A DNA stretch of 64,000 nt from Candidatus Uhrbacteria bacterium (GCA_037131775.1 JBAXQK010000003.1:12439-76438); one strand, 5' to 3'. Shown: positions 9,791 through 19,392, counted from the first letter of the stretch. Made by a program: numbers and translations. Notes: a model not told the origin generated them from the letters alone.

Positions 9791-10279
9791 ATGATTCTGG
9801 AACCTTCGGCCGCGAGCGCGGTCAAGAGAGCAATCGATGCCGTCTACCTCATGTGGCGGCAGGTGGGAATCGCGGTTCCCGGGATAATCGCCCCCGAGTC
9901 CCCGCCGATCATCTTCGCGGAGACCGACGGAACGCGCCACGCGATCGCCGCAGGATCGTCAAACGACGTGTTCGGCGCAGCCCATCTGTCCGCCGGCCAC
10001 ATGTGGCCGGTATATGGAAGCGGATGCGCTGTCAAAGGATCCGTGCAAATCCTGGACGATTCCGGGCAAACGGAGATTCCCGGATTTGTTCACCTGCACC
10101 GACGGGGGATCTTCGTCGGAGGCGGAAGTTCCGACAGTCCGGAGTCGGAAACAATCCGATACTTCTTTCGCCACCGGTCCGAGTACTCCGCCTTCTACCC
10201 CGTCACGTTCCGCCGCGTCCTCGACGCCGAAACGTACCCCTGGCGCGCCTTCCGTCGCGACCCGCCGGCCTCATCCTGA
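9791..10279 (+). CDS. Hypothetical protein (162 aa)
   Basis: Strong SD aggaggtgcgag-ATG; GC3-rich frame; ends in a terminator hairpin that includes the stop codon. Confidence 0.55.
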   Translation: MILEPSAASAVKRAIDAVYLMWRQVGIAVPGIIAPESPPIIFAETDGTRHAIAAGSSNDVFGAAHLSAGHMWPVYGSGCAVKGSVQILDDSGQTEIPGFVHLHRRGIFVGGGSSDSPESETIRYFFRHRSEYSAFYPVTFRRVLDAETYPWRAFRRDPPASS

Positions 10280-10292
10280 GGCCGGCACTTTT
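10264..10292 (+). terminator. Rho-independent terminator (ccggcctca-tcc-tgaggccgg + T5)
   Basis: Perfect 9-bp stem overlapping the stop codon, followed by a T-tract. Confidence 0.55.
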
Positions 10293-10336
10293 TGTCTAAA
10301 CCAAAAGACCGGACCAACCGGCCCGGTCTCAATCGT

Positions 10337-11557
10337 TTACGCGACCTCCTCGACGACCACCTTCTCCGGCATCTTCACGCGCGTCACGCGGCAGACGAAG
10401 CTCTTCAAGTAAATCGACTCCGGGAAATACACGCTCTGCGGATGGTCGGCGGCCTGGCGGATTACCGCGAGGATCTCGAGGCGAAGTCCAGCCTGGACGG
10501 ATGCGCGGCGAAGGATGAACGCGAGGTCTTCCTCGGGAAGGAAGTGCGAACAGCTGGAGGTGATGAACAGGCCGCCGTCGGCGACGAGGCGCATCGCGGC
10601 GCGGTTCAGGAAATGGTAGGCCTTCTTTCCTTCCTCGGCATCGCGGCCGGCCTTGATGAGCGCCGGGGGGTCGATGATGACCGCGTCGTAGCGGGAGTCC
10701 TTGTTCACGTTCAGGAAATCAAACGCGTCGGTGTCCTGGACGGTGAACTTGTCGGCGTCGATGCCGTTCATCTCGGCGTGGCGGGCGCATCCGGCGAGGG
10801 CGGCCTCGGAGCCGTCGACGTTGTGCACGCGCTCGGCGCCACTCTTCATGGCCGCGATTCCGGCGGCTCCGGTGTACGAGAACATGTTCAGCACGCTTCC
10901 CTTCACGCCGTGGTCGAGGATCCACTTGCGCAGGTCCTTCTGGTCGAGAAAGAATCCAGTCTTCTGCCCGAACGCGACGTCGGCCGTGAACTTCAGGCCG
11001 TTCTCCGTGAACGGAACCGGCTCCGGGTCCGTGCCGTAGCGAAGCGCGCTCACCGGGCCGAGGTTGTCCTCCTTGCGCACCGGCAGGTCGCTGCGCTCGA
11101 CGATCGCGGTCGGCTCGTAGACTTCGACGAGAGCCGCGACAACGTCGTCGCGCAGGTTCTCAAGTCCCGCGGTCGCGATCTGCATCACGAGCACGTTCTC
11201 GTACTTGTCGACGACCAGACCCGGAACTCCGTCGGCCTCGCCGAACAGCACGCGATACGCGGTCGTGTTCGCCGGGACGGTGATCGCGCGCGACGCCTGC
11301 GCCGCGCGAATCTTTTCGACGAACCAGGCCTTGTCGATCACGGCCTCCTTGAACTCAAAGAGGCGCACGCGGATCGAGCTCGACTTCGAGTACGTCCCGG
11401 TTCCGATGATCGTTCCCTTCCGATCGGAAACATGCACGAGCCCGCCGTGCTCCACGTCGTCCGGAACCACCGCCACCGCGCCCGAAAACACCCACGGGTG
11501 CCAGAATCCGATTGCCGCCTCCTTGCCTGGAACAAGCTGAACGATTGGGTAGGACAT
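10337..11557 (-). CDS. Class I SAM-dependent rRNA (cytosine-C5) methyltransferase, RlmI/YccW-like (PUA + MTase)
   Basis: 406 aa; SAM-binding motif region ...VLNMFSYTGAAGIAAM..., DPP(A) motif IIDPPAL, conserved Cys TSSCS. Confidence 0.8.
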   Translation of the reverse strand: MSYPIVQLVPGKEAAIGFWHPWVFSGAVAVVPDDVEHGGLVHVSDRKGTIIGTGTYSKSSSIRVRLFEFKEAVIDKAWFVEKIRAAQASRAITVPANTTAYRVLFGEADGVPGLVVDKYENVLVMQIATAGLENLRDDVVAALVEVYEPTAIVERSDLPVRKEDNLGPVSALRYGTDPEPVPFTENGLKFTADVAFGQKTGFFLDQKDLRKWILDHGVKGSVLNMFSYTGAAGIAAMKSGAERVHNVDGSEAALAGCARHAEMNGIDADKFTVQDTDAFDFLNVNKDSRYDAVIIDPPALIKAGRDAEEGKKAYHFLNRAAMRLVADGGLFITSSCSHFLPEEDLAFILRRASVQAGLRLEILAVIRQAADHPQSVYFPESIYLKSFVCRVTRVKMPEKVVVEEVA

Positions 11558-11618
11558 ATGCGTAAGAAAGACAAATGCGTGAGTAATGCGGGGATGTTCC
11601 CAGATTTGAGGCAGTTTG

Positions 11619-11906
11619 TCAATGGTTGCTCGGATGCGTTTCGTCGAATCGAATGGCTAGGTTTCGCGCCAGCTCAGCCAGCTCCGCCTTGCTCATGTTC
11701 GGAAAGCGAAGCCGATCGGCGCTCGTCATCTCGGACTTGGCCTGATCGATTTTCACGAGTTCCGTTTCGGAAAGGCCCAGCAATGGCTTTCCGAGCAAAA
11801 TCCCCGCGATCTGATTGTCCAGCGCCATGATGCGAAGCGCCGTCTGCTGCGTCGGATTCTCACCCTTGGTATAGGAATCCAGTCCGGAGCGTCCAAGATT
11901 TTCCAT
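11619..11906 (-). CDS. Hypothetical protein (95 aa)
   Basis: ORF between rlmI-like and pyrG, same strand; no recognisable motif. Confidence 0.45.
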   Translation of the reverse strand: MENLGRSGLDSYTKGENPTQQTALRIMALDNQIAGILLGKPLLGLSETELVKIDQAKSEMTSADRLRFPNMSKAELAELARNLAIRFDETHPSNH

Positions 11907-11917
11907 ACGATTGTCGG

Positions 11918-13525
11918 TTACTTCTTAGCCGCCGCCTTCGCGAAGGCAAGAAACAGCGGGTGCGGCTTCAGCGGCGAGGACTGGAACTCCGGATGAAACT
12001 GGACGCCGACGAAGAACGGGTGATCCTTCAGCTCGACGATCTCGACAAGCTTGCCGTCGGGCGTGGTGCCCGCGACGACGAGGCCGGCGGCCACGAGCTG
12101 GTCGCGGTAGGCGTTGTTGAACTCGTAGCGGTGGCGGTGGCGCTCGGAGACGATCTCGGCGCCGTACGCCTTGCGGCTGTGCGTCCCGGTCGCGACCTTG
12201 CAGTCCCAGGAACCGAGGCGCATCGACGCGCCGTAGTTCTTCTCGAGCATGAGCTTCTCCTGGTCGGGCATCACGTGGATGACCGGATGCTTCGTCTTCG
12301 TGTCGATCTCGGTCGTGTTCGCGCCCTTCAGCCCGACGACGTTCCTTGCGAACTCCACGCACGCCAGCTGCATGCCGTAGCACAGGCCGTAGTACGGCAC
12401 CTTGTTCTCGCGCGCGAACCCGATGGCCGAGATGATCCCCTCGATCCCGCGGCTCCCGAACCCGCCCGGGACCACGATCCCGTCGAATCCCTTCAGGCGG
12501 TCCGTCCCGTTCTTCTCAATTTCCATCGCGTCGATCCAGGTCAGCACCGGCTTGCGGCCCACGGCCCAGCACGCGTGCTTGATCGATTCGATCACCGAGA
12601 TGTACACGTCGGAAAGGACGAACCCGCCGGTCGTGAAGTACTTCCCAACGACCGCGATCTTCAAATCATCCGTCGGCTTCTTGATCTTCGCCACGAGATC
12701 CTTCCACGGCTTCATGTTCGACGCGTGCTCCTTCAGTCCCAACTTCTTGACGACCATGTCACCGAGCTTCTGCGTCTCGAGGATAAGCGGAATCTCGTAG
12801 ATCGACGAGACGTTCGGGTTCGAGATGACCGCCTCCTTCTCGACGTTGCAGAACAGCGCGATGCGCTCCTTGCGGCGGTCGTCCATCGGCTCCTCGCTGC
12901 GGCCGACCACGAAGTCGGGCTGGATCCCCATGGAGTTCAGCATCCGGACGCTCTGCTGCACCGGCTTGGTCTTCATCTCGCCCAGGTTGCCCGGGACCGG
13001 GAGGTACGCCACATGGATCTGCACGACGTTCTTCGGCTCGCGCATCTTGAGGATGCGGGTCGCCTCGAAGAAGATTCCGTTCTGGTACTCGCCGACCGTT
13101 CCGCCAAGCTCGACGATCACCACGTCGCTTCCCTTCACCGCGGCCTTGAACCTGCGGATGATCTCGTCGGTCAGGTGCGGAATCGCCTCCACGTCCTCGC
13201 CCTCGTACTCGAACGCGCGCTCCTTGCGGATGACCTCGGCGTACACCTGGCCGGTGGTCATGTAGTTTACGCGGTGGAGCGGCCGGCCAAGGAAGCGCTC
13301 GTAGTTGCCAAGGTCCTGGTCGCTCTCCAGCCCGTCCTCGGTCACGAACACCTCGCCGTGCTCCGAGGGACGGATCGTTCCCGCGTCGATGTTCAGGTAC
13401 ATGTCCACCTTCATGGCGGAAACGGAAAAGCCCTTCGCCTGCAGGATGGCGCCGAGCGACGCCGTGGTAATTCCCTTCCCGAGACCCGAGATGACGCCGC
13501 CGGAGACAAAGATGTATTTTGGCAT
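11918..13525 (-). CDS. pyrG: CTP synthase
   Basis: MPKYIFVSGGVISGLGKG... N-terminus, glutamine amidotransferase C-domain (GICYGMQ, HPEF); start set at the conserved MPKYIFV Met. Confidence 0.93.
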   Translation of the reverse strand: MPKYIFVSGGVISGLGKGITTASLGAILQAKGFSVSAMKVDMYLNIDAGTIRPSEHGEVFVTEDGLESDQDLGNYERFLGRPLHRVNYMTTGQVYAEVIRKERAFEYEGEDVEAIPHLTDEIIRRFKAAVKGSDVVIVELGGTVGEYQNGIFFEATRILKMREPKNVVQIHVAYLPVPGNLGEMKTKPVQQSVRMLNSMGIQPDFVVGRSEEPMDDRRKERIALFCNVEKEAVISNPNVSSIYEIPLILETQKLGDMVVKKLGLKEHASNMKPWKDLVAKIKKPTDDLKIAVVGKYFTTGGFVLSDVYISVIESIKHACWAVGRKPVLTWIDAMEIEKNGTDRLKGFDGIVVPGGFGSRGIEGIISAIGFARENKVPYYGLCYGMQLACVEFARNVVGLKGANTTEIDTKTKHPVIHVMPDQEKLMLEKNYGASMRLGSWDCKVATGTHSRKAYGAEIVSERHRHRYEFNNAYRDQLVAAGLVVAGTTPDGKLVEIVELKDHPFFVGVQFHPEFQSSPLKPHPLFLAFAKAAAKK

Positions 13526-13536
13526 ATTTGTGAGTT

Positions 13537-13611
13537 GTTTGTAGTGAGTAGTGAGTTGTGGTAGCCGACTACTCACCACTCACTACAAACCAAAGAGGGA
13601 CGTTAGTCCCT
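13537..13611 (-). promoter_or_regulatory. Structured pyrG leader: long imperfect hairpin (13537-13590) plus GGGAC-GTTA-GTCCC palindrome (13596-13611) overlapping the rplI stop
   Basis: gtttgtagtgagt...actcactacaaac pairing with additional inner pairs; no SD before the pyrG ATG. Confidence 0.45.
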
Positions 13612-14046
13612 TGATTCAACGATGACTCGGATGGTGGCCTCAAAGCCGTGCGGAAGATTGACCACCGCCTCCCGCTCTCCCGGCTCCTTCATCGGCGGCA
13701 TTTCCACCGCGTCCTCGGGAACCGCGAATCCGTTTTTCTTCAGCAGCGCCGCGACCGTCTTGGCCGTGACCGCCGCGTAGAGCACCCCGCTCTCGTTCGC
13801 CTTCTCCTTGACGACGAGCTCGAACCCGTCCAGCGCCGAGGCAAGCTTCTTGGCCTCGTTCTCGCCCTTCTTCGCGACTTTCACGAGTTTCGCCTCCGCC
13901 TCGCGCATCCGCTGGATGGACTGCTCGGTGGCCTGAACTCCCAGATTCTGTGGGAACAGAAAATTGATCGCATAGCCGTCGGAAACGTTCGCCACGTCCC
14001 CGCGCCGGCCGAGGGCCTTCACGTCCTTGAGGAGAATCACTTTCAT
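13603..14046 (-). CDS. rplI: 50S ribosomal protein L9
   Basis: MKVILLKDVKALGRRGDVANVSDGYAINFLFPQ... classic L9. Confidence 0.92.
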   Translation of the reverse strand: MKVILLKDVKALGRRGDVANVSDGYAINFLFPQNLGVQATEQSIQRMREAEAKLVKVAKKGENEAKKLASALDGFELVVKEKANESGVLYAAVTAKTVAALLKKNGFAVPEDAVEMPPMKEPGEREAVVNLPHGFEATIRVIVESRD

Positions 14047-14052
14047 ATCCGC

Positions 14053-14085
14053 CAGGATTATAGCACGCGGCTACCGGTTGACCAA
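14053..14085 (-). promoter_or_regulatory. Putative extended -10 promoter (GTGCTATAAT) ending about 10 nt before the rplI ATG (near-leaderless transcript)
   Basis: Minus-strand read cgTGcTATAATcctggcggatATG; weak -35 TTGGTC 17 nt upstream. Confidence 0.3.
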
Positions 14086-14259
14086 GATGACCGTCGCGAC
14101 CGTGATGGCAGCCGTCAAGAATCCGAAGCCGAACACGATGCGCCAGAACTTCTTCTGCGGCATCCCGTAGCAGTCGTTCGGCCCGTGCTTCGGGATTTTC
14201 TTCGGCTTTGCGGGAGCGTGATGGTCGTCATGCCCGTGGGCGGCGGGAGGATGGGACAT
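14071..14259 (-). CDS. Small His-rich membrane protein (62 aa)
   Basis: MSHPPAAHGHDDHHAPAKPKK... followed by one TM helix. Confidence 0.4.
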   Translation of the reverse strand: MSHPPAAHGHDDHHAPAKPKKIPKHGPNDCYGMPQKKFWRIVFGFGFLTAAITVATVILVNR

Positions 14260-14300
14260 AGTGGGATGAGGTTTGAGGATCGAGGCTCGAACTTCGAAGA

Positions 14301-14930
14301 CTACGGTACGAGCTTACCTTTTTCCCACTGAACGATCAATCCCGCCTTTACTTCGACCGCGTCCGCCGGTCGGAGCGTCGCGATCTGGCCTCGCGACAGG
14401 ATCGGCGTGTGTACCACGTCGCAAAGGTACTCTGGGACGAACCAGACAGGATCCTCGCTGGTCATCCAGCCGCGCGCGTCAAATCGGGACAGATCGACGG
14501 GTCGCGAGAACGATCTCAGCGTCTTCTTGCCGTTTGACTGCAGAAAATACTCATGGAAGTACGACATCGCCAGCTCGCGGATCGTGCGATAGACCGGCTC
14601 GCGGTAGCGGAGGACGGCGTGATTGGTCTTCGATATCGCACCCCAGTGGCCATGGCGACGAAAGAGGGCGACGACGTGGTCCTGGTCGTCGTCGGTCGAA
14701 GTAAGGTCGAGAATCAGCGGCCTTTCGCCGGCGAGGCGCAATGCGACGGCGGCGAGCATCGCGCCCTCGATGCAGTGCGCGCGCCCTTGGCGAAGGACGA
14801 GGCGCGGCGAGAAGCACGAGTCTCCGTCGGGCTCGTGGTTCTGCGGAAGCGCGTCAAGAAAGTCCTGGATTTTTGCCGGAGCGTTGAGTCGTTTGAGAAC
14901 GCGGAGTTCCGTTGGGTCGAGCCCGTACAT
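14301..14930 (-). CDS. Hypothetical protein, tentatively transglutaminase-like/cysteine-peptidase fold
   Basis: 209 aa; conserved-looking Cys/His context (GRAHCIEGAMLAAV..., HGHWGAI); no secure family call. Confidence 0.5.
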   Translation of the reverse strand: MYGLDPTELRVLKRLNAPAKIQDFLDALPQNHEPDGDSCFSPRLVLRQGRAHCIEGAMLAAVALRLAGERPLILDLTSTDDDQDHVVALFRRHGHWGAISKTNHAVLRYREPVYRTIRELAMSYFHEYFLQSNGKKTLRSFSRPVDLSRFDARGWMTSEDPVWFVPEYLCDVVHTPILSRGQIATLRPADAVEVKAGLIVQWEKGKLVP

Positions 14931-14935
14931 AAAAA

Positions 14936-15517
14936 TTAACTCCTTCTCTTTGGCCTATTCTCCAGCCGCAGCGACCAGCAGATCGCGAAGAACATCGGGC
15001 CCATCGCGAAGTACAGCGCCTGCATCCAGCGCGGGGCGTGGAGGCAGTCGCAGATCGGGAGGCCAGCGTATGCGGAGGAAGCGAGGTTGTGGATGTCGAA
15101 AACGTGGTACGCGATCGTCTCGGCCACGATCAGGAGCGGCCAGTAGAGAGTGAGGAACAGGCCGAGCTGCCGCGCGAATCCCTTCAGGCGAAAGACGTGT
15201 TCCTCATGGGAGAACAGCAGATACGACGCGAACAGTCCCGCGGCCCATCCGAACAGCGAAAACAGGTTCACTCCGTCGACGACGAGGAACGGATGGTTAT
15301 ACCCGTATTCCGAGCGACCGAGAAACGCCCAGATCGCGGCCATGGCGGACGCGACGGCAAAATGAAGGAACAGATTCGTCCGGCGCGTGACGACCAGGTA
15401 CAGGATCGTCGCCAGATAGGCGACGATCACCACCTGGTCGGCGGGAAAAATGCCAAAGAGCGCGATGACAAGCGCGATGAGCAACGCGTCGACGGTTAGA
15501 AGGAACGGACGGGACAT
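14936..15517 (-). CDS. Hypothetical polytopic membrane protein
   Basis: 193 aa with 5-6 hydrophobic segments. Confidence 0.55.
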   Translation of the reverse strand: MSRPFLLTVDALLIALVIALFGIFPADQVVIVAYLATILYLVVTRRTNLFLHFAVASAMAAIWAFLGRSEYGYNHPFLVVDGVNLFSLFGWAAGLFASYLLFSHEEHVFRLKGFARQLGLFLTLYWPLLIVAETIAYHVFDIHNLASSAYAGLPICDCLHAPRWMQALYFAMGPMFFAICWSLRLENRPKRRS

Positions 15518-15521
15518 GGGA

Positions 15522-15962
15522 TTAGATCAGAGATTTCTTTTTTCCAAATCGCAGCAAACAGCTTGAGACGAATACCGTCAGGATCGAAATCTGCGACGTG
15601 ACGCAGACGATACACCAGGCGTGCAGGACGAATGCCTCGACGCCGGTCAGGTAGAAGCTGAACGCGACCGCGCCGCCCGAGGCAAGAAACAGAAAGGTCA
15701 GAAGCGACGCGTCCGTCGGTCGCCTCGTCCTTAGGACCGCCGCCGAAAGCATGAACGCGTAGCCGAAAAGTCCAAGCAGCGCGACGGGAACCCCGCCGAT
15801 TTCCGAGTACGGGCCACGGTTCACGATGTCGCAGTTGAAGGTGGCGTTGAACGTGCAGAGCGCCCCGGAAACGAACGCCTCGTGATGCAGGAGCGAGTAC
15901 GTCGACAGCGCGAGGCCGACGACGGAGAATGCCATGATGACGCGCAGGAGCTTGCGTTCCAT
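15522..15962 (-). CDS. Vitamin K epoxide reductase (VKOR)-family membrane thiol oxidoreductase
   Basis: 4 TM segments with loop Cys pair (CTFNATFNC) and TM CxxC (CIVC), the VKOR hallmark. Confidence 0.75.
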   Translation of the reverse strand: MERKLLRVIMAFSVVGLALSTYSLLHHEAFVSGALCTFNATFNCDIVNRGPYSEIGGVPVALLGLFGYAFMLSAAVLRTRRPTDASLLTFLFLASGGAVAFSFYLTGVEAFVLHAWCIVCVTSQISILTVFVSSCLLRFGKKKSLI

Positions 15963-15965
15963 ACG

Positions 15966-16400
15966 CTACTTGGTCGACGCATCCGTCACGGGAGCGACGG
16001 CCGAATCAACGCCAGGCAGCGCGCAGCCGGACTTCGCGGCCAGCGTGTCGAACGTCTGCTCCCCGGAAAGCTGCGAACTGTCGGCGAGAACCCAGGTCGG
16101 GTATCCCTTGATTCCGGCGTCCTTGCACTCCTGGCTCATGTCCTTGGACTGGTTCGGGGAGCACTCGACGTAATCGATCTTCTTGAACGCCGTGCCAAAC
16201 AGCTCCTTCTGTGCCTTGCAGTGCGGACACCACCAGGCGCCGTACATCTTCACCCCCTTGTCGGCCAGGCACTGCGCGAACCCGTCGTAATCCGACGGGG
16301 CCGAGGACGTGACCCTGTTCGTTGCGATAAGGGCGATAAGGGCCACGACCGCGAGGCCGGCGGCGCCGTAAAGGAAGTAGGAGGATGGGATCTTTTTCAT
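15966..16400 (-). CDS. Membrane-anchored thioredoxin-like protein (WCPHC active site), likely VKOR partner
   Basis: N-terminal TM, YGAWWCPHCKAQKELF thioredoxin motif; directly downstream of the VKOR gene. Confidence 0.8.
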   Translation of the reverse strand: MKKIPSSYFLYGAAGLAVVALIALIATNRVTSSAPSDYDGFAQCLADKGVKMYGAWWCPHCKAQKELFGTAFKKIDYVECSPNQSKDMSQECKDAGIKGYPTWVLADSSQLSGEQTFDTLAAKSGCALPGVDSAVAPVTDASTK

Positions 16401-16405
16401 AGGGA

Positions 16406-17320
16406 TTAGTGGGAAATAGCTGAGATTGTCGTAATGCCGGTGCAGGATCCGCCGATTGAGTCGGGAATGGATACGTTGAAGTACAGTGTTTTTGACGGAG
16501 CCGGAGCCACGTCCGTACCATACGCCACGTCAAGATTCGTGTCGACAGGAGAGCCTGTCAGCGCATTCGCGGAACCGCTCCCAAAGCCAACGTCGCTCAA
16601 CGACCACTTGAAATTGCTCCGTGGAATCGACCCCGACGCGCAGGTCAATCCGGACGGCATGGAAATTTCCACGTCCGCGTTCACGTTCCCCGACTGCGAA
16701 ATGCTTACCTCCACGTTATTGCCCGCCGTCGTCACGTCACCGATGCTATGGTTTCCGAAGTTGATGTTTCCGGGAACCACGAGGCTGAGGATCGAACTCA
16801 TCTCCTTCGTCAGGGAGCTGTCCTGAGCCGTGTCCGTCCCGTCCGTCACTTCCACGTGCGCGACCCAGTTTTCCGATGGGTATCGACCGGACGCGTCGGT
16901 TGAGTCCGCGTAATAACTGATGTCAATCTCGCAGGAATAAACCTTCTGATAGGCGGTTGCGCCGGCGTAAAGACCGCAGGTGGGACGAACGAAACAATCG
17001 ATACCGGTCGCCGCGCACGCGCTTCCGCTCCCGACCCCGCTGCGATAAAAGACGCCGCGCACATTCGTAATCATGCTGGCGCCATCGAGATCCTCGACGA
17101 TTCCGTTCAGGTAGATCGTCTTCGTTCCGCCCGCTATCGGAGTGACGCTCCCGCCCGGATAGTTATCCGTGGTTCCGTTGAGCGTGTTGCTCGTGACGAC
17201 CGAGACGACCGTCGGCGGTGTGTTGGCCTGGGCCTCGGCGACGGGACCGTTCAGGGAGAATGCCGCGGCGATTCCAATCAAAAGTGCTCCGAACGCGGTG
17301 ATGGCAACGGGGTATTTCAT
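16406..17320 (-). CDS. Secreted Cys-containing protein, member 1 of a 4-paralog family (ends GSCTGITTISAISH)
   Basis: Signal peptide; shared blocks with 43773-47215 paralogs: TKTIYLNG, FYRSG, CxxxxxDC, YSCxIDxxYYADS, NFGNxSIG, C-terminal GxCxGxxT. Confidence 0.7.
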   Translation of the reverse strand: MKYPVAITAFGALLIGIAAAFSLNGPVAEAQANTPPTVVSVVTSNTLNGTTDNYPGGSVTPIAGGTKTIYLNGIVEDLDGASMITNVRGVFYRSGVGSGSACAATGIDCFVRPTCGLYAGATAYQKVYSCEIDISYYADSTDASGRYPSENWVAHVEVTDGTDTAQDSSLTKEMSSILSLVVPGNINFGNHSIGDVTTAGNNVEVSISQSGNVNADVEISMPSGLTCASGSIPRSNFKWSLSDVGFGSGSANALTGSPVDTNLDVAYGTDVAPAPSKTLYFNVSIPDSIGGSCTGITTISAISH

Positions 17321-17331
17321 ATGCGGCCAGT

Positions 17332-18504
17332 TTACCACGATCGATACCCCTCGTACGATCCGAGCTGCGTCGCCCACGTCGCCGACCCCTTGTCGACGTA
17401 AACCTTGATTCCCGCGAGCAGCTGGCGGAGAACCGTCTCGTTCTTCTTGTCGAGCAGCTCCATCGGGACGTGCACGTTCACGCGTGCCACGCGGCTCCGA
17501 TCGCGAATCGAGTCCGCCTGCTTGATCACGTCGAGCATCACCGTGACGTCGGCGGAATCCAGGACGCAGTTCGGGGAACAGTTGATCCGGCCCTCGGAAA
17601 GGCTCGCCAGCTCGCCGATGTCGCCACTCATGTTCACGACGACGCCGTCCGCGTCCGGAACGAGGTCCTTGGCGTCCTTCATCGGAATCGGGTACAGGCG
17701 GTCGGCAAACTCCGGCGGGATAGAATCGTGAAATCCCGTCTTCAGAATGTACGCGTTCGTCCAGGTGTCCGGTCGCGCCGAGGCGGGCATCGACAGATAC
17801 CCGAACCCGGTGACGGCATCCGTATATTCGAACCCGGCCGCGTGCTCGGCCAGGATCCAGTCGGTCGGCCCCGTTCCGCCGGAAACGCCACGATTGTTCT
17901 CGGCGCCGACGAGACCGTCCACGAGCGCCTTGTTTTCCTTAAACTTGGCGGTCAGCTCCGCGACAGTCAGTGCCGTGCCCTTCGTAGCACCGAATCCCGC
18001 GTGCGTCCCAACGCCATGGCCGCGGTCGATGACCTCTTTTAGAATATTCGTTCCCCACACAGTGTTCGCCTTCGCAAACGGCTGCTCGCTCTCGAACGTA
18101 AGCTTCGCGCCGTACTCATCGAACAGGTCCATGGCCCAGCGCATGTTTGCCACGTGACGCTCAAAAAGATTTTTGTCCGTGTCGTCCTTGAAGTCCTCCT
18201 CCATGTGGGTCATCGTCGTGACGTACAGCGGCGCGTCGCCCGAATGCTTTGGCGTAGCCGGAGAGGTCGGCGTCTCGGTCGTCGTTTCCGTCACGGGAGA
18301 GCCCGAGGTCGAAGGCGTCGGCGACGTCGGATTTGGCCGCGATGACGAGATCGGCGGACGAGGGACCGATGGGCGCGACCCGGACATCTTTTCGAGATAC
18401 AGAACGCGCATAACGAGAAGTCCGCCCGCGATGCCGACGACGACTGCTGCGGCGACGAGCGCCGATTGTTGCTTTGTGATCATACAAAGAGAGTCTACCA
18501 TCAT
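17332..18504 (-). CDS. Membrane-anchored extracellular protein with Ser/Thr/Pro-rich linker; catalytic-looking domain of unknown family
   Basis: N-terminal TM, then PSVPRPPISSSRPNPTSPTPSTSGSPVTETTTETPTSPATP linker, then ~300-aa globular domain (HGVGTHAGFG...). Confidence 0.65.
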   Translation of the reverse strand: MMVDSLCMITKQQSALVAAAVVVGIAGGLLVMRVLYLEKMSGSRPSVPRPPISSSRPNPTSPTPSTSGSPVTETTTETPTSPATPKHSGDAPLYVTTMTHMEEDFKDDTDKNLFERHVANMRWAMDLFDEYGAKLTFESEQPFAKANTVWGTNILKEVIDRGHGVGTHAGFGATKGTALTVAELTAKFKENKALVDGLVGAENNRGVSGGTGPTDWILAEHAAGFEYTDAVTGFGYLSMPASARPDTWTNAYILKTGFHDSIPPEFADRLYPIPMKDAKDLVPDADGVVVNMSGDIGELASLSEGRINCSPNCVLDSADVTVMLDVIKQADSIRDRSRVARVNVHVPMELLDKKNETVLRQLLAGIKVYVDKGSATWATQLGSYEGYRSW

Positions 18505-18549
18505 CCACGCCTGGGCGAACAGGCCGTTAGCCGTGTAAGATGAGCCCGT

Positions 18550-19383
18550 ATGAACATTCCCGCGACGACGATCTACCGCTATTCCCCTCTCGGCTGGGCC
18601 CGGCTCCTCTACGGCCCGATGTTTCTTCTGTTCGGACTCGGATTTCTATCCGTCTTTGTTTCGGAACTCCAACATCGACGGGCCAACGGCGGGTTATCCA
18701 CCGAACCGTTTGACTTGATCCTGTGGGGAGGCTTCCTCCTCGTTCCGATCGTTTTCCTTGCCTGCGGCGTCGCGATGATCCAATCCGACCGGCGCTCCTG
18801 GATCGAGGACGGCGCATGGCGCACGGCGCGCGGGGAGTTTCCGATGTTTCACCGTCGGATGACGAAGGACGACGTCCGCGGGTATTTTGTCGCGAACGTT
18901 CCGGCAATCGCCGTCTTCGGCAACCGAGCTTCCGTCGTCGGAAACCGCTTTCACGTCCAGGCGCTCCTTTCAAACGGCCTGCGCGTCGCCATCGCGTGGT
19001 TCGCGGACAGACCGTCCGCGAAATCCGTCGCCGACCGCTTCGAGCGCGAGGTCGGTTCGAAACCGAAGGAGACAGCGATCGGATTCGACGCGACGCCCTG
19101 GTACCTGTCGGGATCGCAATCGCAGGAGTACAAGACGATGCGTGGGAACAAGTCCGCCGCGGCCCTGTATGACGCGCTTTGCGACGTCTGGGAAACGTCG
19201 TACGCCGACCTGCGACCGTCCGGCGGTCCGTCGTACACCGAATCGAACGAGGCGTTTCCCTATCGCGGATCCCTCTCGGTCGATCTCGATCTGCTCCGAT
19301 ATTCGTACGACCTCCAGCAATTCGACCGTGCCTTGCGGACGCTCGTGACCGCCGGGCTTGTGAATCTTCCAAAAAACAGCTAA
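18550..19383 (+). CDS. Hypothetical membrane protein (N-terminal 2-3 TM, soluble C-domain)
   Basis: 277 aa ORF, GC3-rich, no known motif. Confidence 0.6.
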   Translation: MNIPATTIYRYSPLGWARLLYGPMFLLFGLGFLSVFVSELQHRRANGGLSTEPFDLILWGGFLLVPIVFLACGVAMIQSDRRSWIEDGAWRTARGEFPMFHRRMTKDDVRGYFVANVPAIAVFGNRASVVGNRFHVQALLSNGLRVAIAWFADRPSAKSVADRFEREVGSKPKETAIGFDATPWYLSGSQSQEYKTMRGNKSAAALYDALCDVWETSYADLRPSGGPSYTESNEAFPYRGSLSVDLDLLRYSYDLQQFDRALRTLVTAGLVNLPKNS

Positions 19384-19392
19384 CCTCCCGCC

